Both the position numbers and the translations under genes were made by a program. The notes below the pieces were generated by a model. It saw only the letters and a program-made list of their open reading frames with translations, ran no database searches and had not been told where the DNA came from. A stretch of DNA of 32,576 bases from Candidatus Uhrbacteria bacterium GW2011_GWC2_41_11 (GTDB lineage: Bacteria > Patescibacteriota > Patescibacteriia > UBA9934 > GWF2-40-263). Below are positions 17,867 to 26,546 of this stretch, piece after piece. The first letter of the stretch is position 1, and every line of letters starts with the position of its first letter. Location: positions 75,089 to 107,664 of the forward strand of contig LCAH01000007.1 of the NCBI GenBank assembly GCA_000996355.1, read 5' to 3'.

Positions 17867-19906
17867 ATGCAAACCTGGAAACGCAAAAAGGCTGCACCGA
17901 CAAAAACAGCCAAACCGTGGAGAGCACCAGTTCTATCCGTTTTTTTTCTTTTATTAACCCTCGTCATGGCAGTCGCTGATTTTCCCTCGTTTTGGAACAA
18001 GGGGGTGACATCTGTTTCTGCAGCAACAGGTCAGAACATTTCTTGGCTCAAAGTTCCGGATATTGCGTTTCGTCTTGGATTGGATTTACAAGGAGGAGCA
18101 CATCTTGTGTATGAGGCAGACATGAGCCAAATTCCTTCAGAGGAGCGTGATGTTGCCTTAAAAGGAGTTCGTGACGTGGTAGAACGTCGTGTTAATGCAT
18201 TCGGTGTATCCGAACCTGTTGTTCAAACAACCATAACAGGGAATATCTATCGCATTATTGTTGAACTTGCCGGCATTCAGGATATTACGACCGCAATAAA
18301 TGAGATAGGAGAAACGCCTATCTTGGAATTCAAAGAAGAAAACACAGAAGTTGATCGTGCAGCAACGGTTGATGAACAGACTATTTTGGATCAAAAAAAT
18401 GCAGAGGCTAAATCAAAAGCAGATGAAATTCTTGCTCGTGCAAAAAAAGGAGAAGATTTTTCTGTGCTCATGAAGGAATTGAATGGTCAAGAATTGGGAG
18501 CAATTACGGTTGGACATCCGGCCTATGGTGTTTTAGCTCAAGCGGCTGCAAATGCAAAAGTTGCAAAGGGAAGTGTGCTTCCAACCGTTGTAGAAACAAG
18601 TAGTGGCTGGCATATTGTGCGTTTCTTGGAACAAGTTCAAACCAAACGCATGGAATTGTCCCATATTCTTATTTGTTTTGAAGGAAAAACAGGATGTCAA
18701 AATCCTGTGCCTGCGATTGATGCAAACACAACCATAACAAATTTAAAAAAAGATTTGACTCCTGAAAATTTTGCAGAAGTTGCTAAACAGAAATCAACAG
18801 ATCAAGGAACAGCATCCTCTGGAGGATATCTAGGATGGATTGAACCAGGGACAACGGTTCCTGTATTTGAACTTGCCGCGCTTGCACTTCCAGTGAATGG
18901 CATTTCAGAAGCAGTGGAAACAGAATTCGGATTTCACATCATTTATAAAAAAGCAGAAGAACCAGTGACGGCGTATCGTCTTTCGGATATTTTTGTTCCG
19001 CGGGTAAATTTGAATGAGATCGCACGTCCGGATGAATCATGGAAAAATACAACTCTTTCTGGAAAAAATTTGAAACGGGCCGGGGTTGAGTTTGATCCAA
19101 ACAGTGGTGCTCCTTATGTTTCTCTTCGTTTTGATGATGAAGGAGGAAAATTATTTGCAGACCTCACACAGCGAAATGTAGGAAAAGCCGTTGCTATTTT
19201 TTTGGATGGTCAACCGATTTCTGTTCCGGTTGTGAATGAAGCGATTTATGGTGGGGAAGCTATTATTACAGGTAAGTTTACCGTTCAAGAAGCAAAACTT
19301 CTTGCTCAACGTCTAAATGCGGGTGCTTTACCCGTTCCTATTCATCTTGTTTCTCAACAGACCGTTGGTCCTATTCTTGGAAAAATTTCTTTGGAACGAA
19401 GTATTCAGGCTGCGGTGTTTGGATTTATGCTTGTGTGTCTGTATATGATTTTGTTCTATCGGTTGCCTGGGGTTATGGCTGTCTGTGCTCTTATCCTTTA
19501 TACATTTCTTAACCTGGTGGCATATAAATTATTCGGTGTCACCATGACTTTGTCTGGAATTGCCGGATTCGTTCTTTCGCTTGGAATGGCTGTGGATGCA
19601 AACGTACTCATTTTTGAACGTCTCAAAGATGAACTTCATTCTGGTCATGATTTGCGATTTGCAACAGAGGAAGGATTTAAACGTGCATGGTCTGCTATTC
19701 GAGATGGAAATCTCACAACCTTGATTTCAGCTGCTGTTCTTTATGGATTCAGTTCCAGCTTTATCAAAGGATTCGCTCTCACCCTGACAATTGGTGTTCT
19801 CCTTAGCATGTTTACGGCGATTGTTGTGACGCGTGTTTTTATGGAAACGATTCAGAGAATTCCCTTCCTTCGCAGCCATATTTTTTATGGAGTTGAAAAG
19901 AAATGA
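17867..19906 (+). CDS. secD: Protein translocase subunit SecD with an inserted PpiC/parvulin-type PPIase domain in periplasmic domain P1
   Basis: SecD motifs LGLDLQGGAHLVYEADM and a C-terminal six-TM RND-like bundle. The insert is SHILI...GTASSGGYLGWIEPGTTVPVFELAALALPVNGISEAVETEFGFHIIYKK, a canonical parvulin signature, preceded by a second degenerate copy. Confidence 0.88.
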   Translation: MQTWKRKKAAPTKTAKPWRAPVLSVFFLLLTLVMAVADFPSFWNKGVTSVSAATGQNISWLKVPDIAFRLGLDLQGGAHLVYEADMSQIPSEERDVALKGVRDVVERRVNAFGVSEPVVQTTITGNIYRIIVELAGIQDITTAINEIGETPILEFKEENTEVDRAATVDEQTILDQKNAEAKSKADEILARAKKGEDFSVLMKELNGQELGAITVGHPAYGVLAQAAANAKVAKGSVLPTVVETSSGWHIVRFLEQVQTKRMELSHILICFEGKTGCQNPVPAIDANTTITNLKKDLTPENFAEVAKQKSTDQGTASSGGYLGWIEPGTTVPVFELAALALPVNGISEAVETEFGFHIIYKKAEEPVTAYRLSDIFVPRVNLNEIARPDESWKNTTLSGKNLKRAGVEFDPNSGAPYVSLRFDDEGGKLFADLTQRNVGKAVAIFLDGQPISVPVVNEAIYGGEAIITGKFTVQEAKLLAQRLNAGALPVPIHLVSQQTVGPILGKISLERSIQAAVFGFMLVCLYMILFYRLPGVMAVCALILYTFLNLVAYKLFGVTMTLSGIAGFVLSLGMAVDANVLIFERLKDELHSGHDLRFATEEGFKRAWSAIRDGNLTTLISAAVLYGFSSSFIKGFALTLTIGVLLSMFTAIVVTRVFMETIQRIPFLRSHIFYGVEKK

Positions 19907-19907
19907 T

Positions 19908-20804
19908 ATGACCTTGTCCATTGTTCGTCATCGAAAAATTTGGTACACGTTCGGCGGGGCGCTTGTGGTCGCAAGTTTGATAAGCACCATTGTCTTTGGA
20001 TTGAATTTTGGTATTGATTTTACAGGCGGAAGTTTATTGGAGGTGAAATTTTCGAAACCACCGGCTGTGGAAGATTTGCGCCAGCGTCTTGTTCAAATTG
20101 GTTATGATCACACCACGGTGCAACCGTCTGGAGATACGGAGTTTTTGCTCCGTTTTCGAGATCTGAATGAAACGGAACACCAGCAGATTCTCCAAACTCT
20201 CCGAGATGGATATGGTGACACACAGGAATTGCGTTTTGATTCCATTGGTCCTTCGGTTGGAAAAGATCTGCGTCAAAAAACATCTCTTGGTGTTGTCATC
20301 ACTCTTGTTCTTATTGGGGTATATGTTGCCATTGCTTTTCGTAAAGTTTCCGATCCGGTTCCTTCTTGGAAATATAGTTTTTTAACGGTTTTGGTCGCGT
20401 TTCATGATGTGATTGTTCCGATCGGAGTTTTTGCCTGTCTTGGAAAATTTTTCGGGTGGCAAATTGATACGTCTTTTGTTGCTGCGGTGCTTACTATTTT
20501 GGGGTATTCTATTAACGATACGATTGTTGTATTTGACCGAACGCGTGAAAATTTGCTTCGTTCAGAAGAGAAACCGTTTGAACAAGTTGTGGAAGAGAGT
20601 ATTCATCAGACACTTACTCGTTCGTTTAATACAGGATTAGCATCTTTGCTTACTCTTTTGGCTATTTCCATCTGGGGAGGAGATACCACAAGACCGTTTG
20701 CGGTTGCATTGATTCTTGGAATTGTTGTTGGAACGTACTCATCCATTTTTCTTGCAAGTCCATTACTTGTGACATGGGAAAAATGGGGAAAGAGACATTC
20801 ATAA
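19908..20804 (+). CDS. secF: Protein translocase subunit SecF
   Basis: GIDFTGGSLLEVKF motif and six TM segments. The ATG is 1 nt after the secD stop. Confidence 0.9.
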   Translation: MTLSIVRHRKIWYTFGGALVVASLISTIVFGLNFGIDFTGGSLLEVKFSKPPAVEDLRQRLVQIGYDHTTVQPSGDTEFLLRFRDLNETEHQQILQTLRDGYGDTQELRFDSIGPSVGKDLRQKTSLGVVITLVLIGVYVAIAFRKVSDPVPSWKYSFLTVLVAFHDVIVPIGVFACLGKFFGWQIDTSFVAAVLTILGYSINDTIVVFDRTRENLLRSEEKPFEQVVEESIHQTLTRSFNTGLASLLTLLAISIWGGDTTRPFAVALILGIVVGTYSSIFLASPLLVTWEKWGKRHS

Positions 20805-20851
20805 AAAGAGCGAAAAAAGCAGCTGTTAATTCGGCTGTTTTTTGTTTGATA

Positions 20852-20860
20852 TGTTATAAT
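20852..20860 (+). promoter_or_regulatory. Extended -10 promoter (TGtTATAAT); the downstream gene may be leaderless
   Basis: TGnTATAAT ends 9 nt before the ATG at 20870. There is no SD. Confidence 0.35.
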
Positions 20861-20869
20861 AAGTCCGAT

Positions 20870-22444
20870 ATGTTTTCTGTGTTTGCATCCACATTTGAAC
20901 CTTCGATGTTGGAAACATTTTTGGCGCAGCCTATTGACGTGGTCATGTACCAAATTCTTTTATATTTTGGATGGATTCCGATTGTTTCCGTCCTTATTTG
21001 GGGATTTGGGGAAGTGTATTTAACCTCAAAACAAGATGTATTTTCCAAAAATATAAAATATGTCCTTCTCGCGATTGATGTTCCCCGGATGACAGAACAG
21101 AGTCCAAAAGGAATGGAAAACATGTTTGCAACTCTGCATGGAGCTTTTTCAAATTTGACCTGGAGGGATAAATGGATGATTGGAAAAATTCAACCGCGGT
21201 TCAGTTTTGAAATTGTATCGATTGACGGATACATTCAGTTTTATGTGCGTACAGATATAAAATTTCGTGATGTGATTGAAGCCGGTATTTATGCCCAATA
21301 TCCGGATGCACAAATTTCAGAAGTCGAGGATTATGCATCCATTGTCCCTTCTTCCTTTCCAAATGAGGAGTGGAATATGTGGGGTTCGGAATTAGCATTA
21401 AAGAAATCGGATTATCTTCCCATTCGAACATGGGATTTGTTTGAACATAGTTTAAGTCAGGAACTCAAAGATCCGCTTGCGGTTATATTGGAACAATTGG
21501 GATGTATGAAACCGGGAGAATGTTTTTGGTTTCAAATGATCGTATGTGTGAGTGATCAAGATTGGAAAGAAGATGGGGTTAAATTCATTAAAAAAATTTA
21601 CGGTCTGAAGGAAGAAACAAAAAAATCAGGTTTAGAAAAAGGTTTAGAAAGTGCTTTGTCTATTCCAAGCGACGTTTTGGAACAAACCATTGGAGTGAGT
21701 TTGCTTGGCATGGCGGGAATGGGGGGAGCTGCTGCCGTAAAACCAAAAGATGAAGACATGTGGAAAGCGTTTAAAATTACCTTGCAAGAAAAGGCTCAAG
21801 TAGAGGGAGTCGCAAATAAAATTGCAAAAATTGGTTTTAAAACAAAAATTCGCATGTTGTATTTTGGAAGAAAGAATATCTACAACAAAGGGGCACGTAC
21901 AGCCATGGTCAAGGGTATGTTGCAACAGTATACGCATCAGGACTTAAACGGGTTTAGCATGTATGGTCCACAAACACCAAAAGATGATTATTTTTGGCAG
22001 CGCTGGTCTTATACAGATCGTCAGTCACGTTTAACACGAGCTTATAAGGGTCGCAGTTTTAGTACAGGAGGACCTCCACATATTTTAAATACACAGGAAC
22101 TTGCTACCCTTTTTCATTTTCCAAGCGTTGTGATTAAGGCACCTCTTGTGAAAAAGACAGAGTCTCGCCGTGCCGAGCCTCCGGTTGGCCTTCCGATTGC
22201 ATTCGAAGATACCATGCCATCAAAACCAGTTCCTGCATCAACAGTTCCTCTTGTTGATACAAGGTCTTCTGTCATACCTTTGAAGAAGAAATCGGTTGTT
22301 TCTGTTTCTGAACCAGAATTGCAGGTTCATATTCCGGATCCGATTCGTGTTCTTCTTGAACCTGGAGTGGAGTTAGAGGATGTTCCTATGCCAATGTTGC
22401 CAAGTTCCGAGAAAGATGAACCGCCGTCAAATTTGCCTGTGTAA
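20870..22444 (+). CDS. Membrane-anchored hypothetical protein (524 aa), partner of the downstream ATPase
   Basis: One N-terminal TM helix (VVMYQILLYFGWIPIVSVLIWGF), a large soluble domain and a Pro-rich tail. The ORF-track start 20774 overlaps secF, so M at 20870 is preferred. Confidence 0.55.
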   Translation: MFSVFASTFEPSMLETFLAQPIDVVMYQILLYFGWIPIVSVLIWGFGEVYLTSKQDVFSKNIKYVLLAIDVPRMTEQSPKGMENMFATLHGAFSNLTWRDKWMIGKIQPRFSFEIVSIDGYIQFYVRTDIKFRDVIEAGIYAQYPDAQISEVEDYASIVPSSFPNEEWNMWGSELALKKSDYLPIRTWDLFEHSLSQELKDPLAVILEQLGCMKPGECFWFQMIVCVSDQDWKEDGVKFIKKIYGLKEETKKSGLEKGLESALSIPSDVLEQTIGVSLLGMAGMGGAAAVKPKDEDMWKAFKITLQEKAQVEGVANKIAKIGFKTKIRMLYFGRKNIYNKGARTAMVKGMLQQYTHQDLNGFSMYGPQTPKDDYFWQRWSYTDRQSRLTRAYKGRSFSTGGPPHILNTQELATLFHFPSVVIKAPLVKKTESRRAEPPVGLPIAFEDTMPSKPVPASTVPLVDTRSSVIPLKKKSVVSVSEPELQVHIPDPIRVLLEPGVELEDVPMPMLPSSEKDEPPSNLPV

Positions 22445-22459
22445 CTTTAGTGTTTTGCT

Positions 22460-24169
22460 ATGTCTGTTTACCCGGATCACGATCATGAAAACGATGTTAT
22501 TTATTTTGCACGGACGAATTACCGCAATCAAATGCGGAAATTTGGCATTAAGACAGACGACCGCCGCCGTCATGTTTATGTGATCGGAAAAACAGGTATG
22601 GGCAAAAGTGTCCTTCTTGAAAACATGATTTTGGCTGATATTTATGCAGGTCATGGATGTGCTTATGTTGATCCACACGGAGACACCGCAGAAAAATTGA
22701 TTAACTACATTCCTGAATCTCGATTAAAAGATGTGGTGTATTTTAACCCAGCGGATGTCGAACATCCCATGGGTTTTAATATTCTTGAATCATCGGATCC
22801 GAATACACGTCATGTGATTGCCTCTGGGCTCATGGGAGTGTTTAAAAAGATTTGGCCAGATGTATGGAGTGCACGCATGGAACATATCTTGAATAACTGT
22901 CTTTTAACCCTTTTGGAAAATGAAGGCAGTACATTGCTTGGAATCAATCGGATTCTTGTTGATCGAGATTTTCGTGTCAAGATGGTTGCAAATGTGAAAG
23001 ATCCAGTTGTAAAAGCTTTTTGGATTACGGAATTTGAACAATGGGAACCAAAGTTTCGCACAGAGGCTATTGCACCCATTCAGAACAAAGTTGGACAGTT
23101 TCTTTCTACCAGTGTTGTGCGCAATATTGTGGCACAAACAAAATCCACGATTCGTCCTAGGCAATTCATGGATGAAAGTAAAATTTTTATTGTCAACCTT
23201 TCCAAGGGACGTATCGGGGAAGATGCGATGCGTTTACTCGGAGGAATGCTTATTACTAAAATGCAGCTTTCCGCCATGGAACGTGTGGATACTCCGGAAA
23301 TAGAACGCGCAGACTTTTATTTGTATATTGACGAGTTTCAAAATTTTGCAACGGAAAGTTTCGCATCCATCCTTTCCGAAGCTCGTAAATATCGGTTGGC
23401 TCTTATCATGGCACATCAGTATATTGAACAGCTGACGGAAGAAGTGCGTGATGCGGTGTTTGGCAACGTTGGAACGATTTTAACATTTCGTGTTGGTTCG
23501 CCGGATGCCTTATTTTTGGAAAATGAATTCATGCCTCGGTTTACGCACGAAGATTTAGTGAACTTGGCAAAATACGAAATTTATCTTCGACTCATGATTG
23601 ATGGAGTGGCATCTGAACCATTTTCCGCAAACACACTTCCTCCCATCGCGGTTCGCACAGATTCAACACAAACCGTTGTTGAATATTCCCGCAAAGAATT
23701 TTCGAAGACACGAAAAGAGGTGGAAGAAGGAGTTTTGAAATGGAGTGATATGGAAGAGGGGAAAACAGCACCTGAAGAAATTGAAAAAATTTTTGATCAG
23801 GCAGATGCGAAGCGCAAAGCCATGAAGAAATTCGGCGGAAAACCTGTCTTTGAGTATACGTGCAGTCGGTGCGGAAAAGACATGGTTCTTCCGGTTGAAC
23901 TGGATCGTTCGCGTCCTATTTATTGTGAGGATTGTATTGAAATCGTTCGTGAAGAACGTAAACAACAAGGGGAAAAGAAAGAACCGGAAAAAAAGGAAAT
24001 CATTAAAGTGACTCCCTCTTCGCCGCCTCCACTTAGATCTATGAAACCGCAATTACGGGGTTCCATTGTCGTAAAACCATCCGAAAAAGAAATCGGACTC
24101 TCTGCATTACGTAAAGATGTTTCAAAACCAAACACATCTTCGTCACCTGTAGAACAGAAAAAAGTATGA
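22460..24169 (+). CDS. HerA/FtsK/TraD-superfamily (DUF87/AAA-like) P-loop ATPase with a C-terminal ClpX-type zinc ribbon
   Basis: Walker A VIGKTGMGKS, Walker B LYIDEFQNF, and RKYRLALIMAHQYIEQL typical of TraD/VirD4/HerA-like ATPases. The C-terminus is YTCSRCGKDMVLPVELDRSRPIYCEDCIEIV. Confidence 0.78.
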   Translation: MSVYPDHDHENDVIYFARTNYRNQMRKFGIKTDDRRRHVYVIGKTGMGKSVLLENMILADIYAGHGCAYVDPHGDTAEKLINYIPESRLKDVVYFNPADVEHPMGFNILESSDPNTRHVIASGLMGVFKKIWPDVWSARMEHILNNCLLTLLENEGSTLLGINRILVDRDFRVKMVANVKDPVVKAFWITEFEQWEPKFRTEAIAPIQNKVGQFLSTSVVRNIVAQTKSTIRPRQFMDESKIFIVNLSKGRIGEDAMRLLGGMLITKMQLSAMERVDTPEIERADFYLYIDEFQNFATESFASILSEARKYRLALIMAHQYIEQLTEEVRDAVFGNVGTILTFRVGSPDALFLENEFMPRFTHEDLVNLAKYEIYLRLMIDGVASEPFSANTLPPIAVRTDSTQTVVEYSRKEFSKTRKEVEEGVLKWSDMEEGKTAPEEIEKIFDQADAKRKAMKKFGGKPVFEYTCSRCGKDMVLPVELDRSRPIYCEDCIEIVREERKQQGEKKEPEKKEIIKVTPSSPPPLRSMKPQLRGSIVVKPSEKEIGLSALRKDVSKPNTSSSPVEQKKV

Positions 24170-24957
24170 CGTTGTTTCAAGCGGTCGTGCTTGGAACCGT
24201 TCAGGGCCTCACGGAATTTCTTCCAGTTTCCAGTTCTGGTCATTTGATTTTAGTTCCAAAATTATTTGGTTGGGAAACACAAAATCTTGCGTTTGATGCC
24301 ATTATTCATCTTGCGACACTTGCCGCTATTGTCGTTGCTTTTTTTGGAGAGATTAAACACATCACAAAAGGAATATGGAAAAAACAAGATTCATGGGGTC
24401 GACTCGGACGTCTGATTATTTTTTCGTCTTTACCGGTTTTGGTGATCGGTTTCTTTTTGAGCGATGTGATTGAAACGATTTTCCGTTCTCCTGCGATTGT
24501 GGCAAGTTCGCTTGCATTCTGGGGTGTTTTCCTTTTTATTGCGGATCGATTCGTGCATCAGACAGCAGAATCAGATGTGACTCATGTTGGATGGAAACGT
24601 GCTTTTTTCATTGGAAGCGCACAGGCGATTGCTCTTGTTCCAGGAACCTCGCGTTCTGGTGTGACGATCACAACAGGTCTTTTTTTTGGACTTGATCGGA
24701 AAGCAGCTGCTCGGTTTTCTTTTCTTTTAAGTATTCCTGCAATCGCGGCTGCAGGTGCGAGTGCACTTTTGCACATGGCAGAAGGAACGGTCTCTTTGGA
24801 TTTCCTTCCGCTTACGGTTGGATTCATAAGCGCTTTCATTTCGGGATTTTTTGCCATTCGTTTTTTGCTGAGGATGCTTGCATTTGGAACGTATAAATGG
24901 TTTGCTTTTTATCGCATCATTCTTGCCGTTGTTGTGAGTATTCTTTTTTTGCGCTGA
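24166..24957 (+). CDS. uppP: Undecaprenyl-diphosphatase
   Basis: LGTVQGLTEFLPVSSSGHLIL motif and eight TM segments. The start overlaps the upstream stop (ATGA). Confidence 0.9.
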   Translation: MTLFQAVVLGTVQGLTEFLPVSSSGHLILVPKLFGWETQNLAFDAIIHLATLAAIVVAFFGEIKHITKGIWKKQDSWGRLGRLIIFSSLPVLVIGFFLSDVIETIFRSPAIVASSLAFWGVFLFIADRFVHQTAESDVTHVGWKRAFFIGSAQAIALVPGTSRSGVTITTGLFFGLDRKAAARFSFLLSIPAIAAAGASALLHMAEGTVSLDFLPLTVGFISAFISGFFAIRFLLRMLAFGTYKWFAFYRIILAVVVSILFLR

Positions 24958-24982
24958 TGGATTGTTTTTCTCTCATTTTTCT

Positions 24983-26086
24983 ATGAACCAGCCAAATGGA
25001 AAAGTTCTGGTCGGTATGTCAGGTGGAGTGGATTCGTCTGTTTCCGCTGCGTTGTTATTGGAACAAGGATATGAGGTGATGGGAGCATTTATGAAGAATT
25101 GGTCTGGAGATGTGTATGGTCCGGCTTGTGCGAATGCGGAAAAAATAGGGGAAGCATTTGAGGAATGCGGCTGGCGGGCAGAACGACGTGATGCCATGCG
25201 TGTCGCAGCACAACTTGGCATTCCTTTTTTTACATTTGATTTTGAAGAAGCATACAGACGCGACGTGGTTGAGTATATGTTTCGTGAATATGCAGCCGGT
25301 CGTACACCGAATCCGGATGTTATGTGTAATAAGTACATGAAATTTGATTTGTTTGTAAAAGAAGCTGATCGCCTTGGGTGTGCATTTGTTGCCACAGGTC
25401 ATTATGCCCGCACAGAAAAAAACGAATCCGGTCGGATAAAAATTTTGGCTGGAATAGATCCGAACAAGGATCAAACGTATTTTTTATGGGCGATTCCTCC
25501 GTCTGTCTTGTCGCGTGTGTTATTTCCGATTGGTCATTTACGGAAACCAGAGGTCCGCAAAAAGGCCCGGGAACGCGGACTTATTGTTGCGGAAAAAAAA
25601 GACAGCATGGGTATTTGTTTTGTGGGAGAAGTGGAAATGCGTTCTTTTTTGAAAGCACGCATTCCGGAGAAAAGAGGAAATATTGTAACGACAAGCGGGG
25701 AAGTTGTTGGAACTCATGATGGCTTGGCTTTTTATACGATTGGTCAACGTGAAGGATTAGGTATTGGAGGGCGCGCTCTTCCTTCCTATGTCATTGAAAA
25801 ACGTCTAGAAACGAATGAACTTGTTGTTTCCAGTAATTTTGATCAATCTCTTTTTCGACAAGAATTAATCGCAGAACAAACGAATTGGTTTTGTGTTCCA
25901 GAGGTTGGTATTCCTTATACGGCACGTATTCGTTATCGTCAGCTTCTTGCCGGTTGTGTGATCACTTCAATCAATCAAGATACGATTCATCTTCGATTTA
26001 ACGAACCTCAACGGGCAGTGACCTCCGGCCAGTCAGTGGTGTTGTATGATGGAGAGGAAATGTTGGGAGGAGGAATTATTGTTTGA
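24983..26086 (+). CDS. mnmA: tRNA-specific 2-thiouridylase MnmA
   Basis: PP-loop VLVGMSGGVDSSV, and catalytic Cys (MCNKY, GICFVGE). The ORF track TTG at 24962 is an alternative start. Confidence 0.9.
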   Translation: MNQPNGKVLVGMSGGVDSSVSAALLLEQGYEVMGAFMKNWSGDVYGPACANAEKIGEAFEECGWRAERRDAMRVAAQLGIPFFTFDFEEAYRRDVVEYMFREYAAGRTPNPDVMCNKYMKFDLFVKEADRLGCAFVATGHYARTEKNESGRIKILAGIDPNKDQTYFLWAIPPSVLSRVLFPIGHLRKPEVRKKARERGLIVAEKKDSMGICFVGEVEMRSFLKARIPEKRGNIVTTSGEVVGTHDGLAFYTIGQREGLGIGGRALPSYVIEKRLETNELVVSSNFDQSLFRQELIAEQTNWFCVPEVGIPYTARIRYRQLLAGCVITSINQDTIHLRFNEPQRAVTSGQSVVLYDGEEMLGGGIIV

Positions 26087-26175
26087 CAAGAGAAAACATT
26101 TTTTATATCTTCATACAGCCTTTGTCAGCAATTTGTTGCTGACGGAAGGTCTTGCAAAAAAATGAGGGTAAAAAA

Positions 26176-26421
26176 ATGCGAAAGATTTCATGGTTGTTTT
26201 TATTGGTTGCATTGTTTTCTTCAACGGCGTTTGCAGGTCAGGTTCAGGAGAGAAAATCTTCTGAAAAACCGACGATGAAACAGGAGCGGATCAAACCGCC
26301 GTCGAATGCCTGGTACTCGACCGGGCAGATCGAAATGCTTATCTGGCGCTATTGCGAGGCAACGACTCAATACGGTCCAGAACGGGAACAGCCATTCTGT
26401 AACTGGTGGATGGATCGTTAA
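26176..26421 (+). CDS. Small secreted protein (81 aa) with signal peptide and two Cys
   Basis: RBS GAGGGtaaaaaaATG, signal peptide MRKISWLFLLVALFSSTAFAG, followed by a terminator. Confidence 0.5.
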   Translation: MRKISWLFLLVALFSSTAFAGQVQERKSSEKPTMKQERIKPPSNAWYSTGQIEMLIWRYCEATTQYGPEREQPFCNWWMDR

Positions 26422-26427
26422 CGATTG

Positions 26428-26455
26428 ACACAGGTCTCACCCCCTGTGTTTTTTT
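26428..26455 (+). terminator. Intrinsic terminator
   Basis: Stem acacagg/cctgtgt, 8-nt loop, T-run of 7. Confidence 0.65.
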
Positions 26456-26546
26456 GATGAAAAAGTGTTTTTAGACAGGAAGGAATGTTTTTGATAAGGT
26501 GGCTTGACTGTCCAGGGAGAGCAAATCTTCGAGGAAAGTTGTATGT

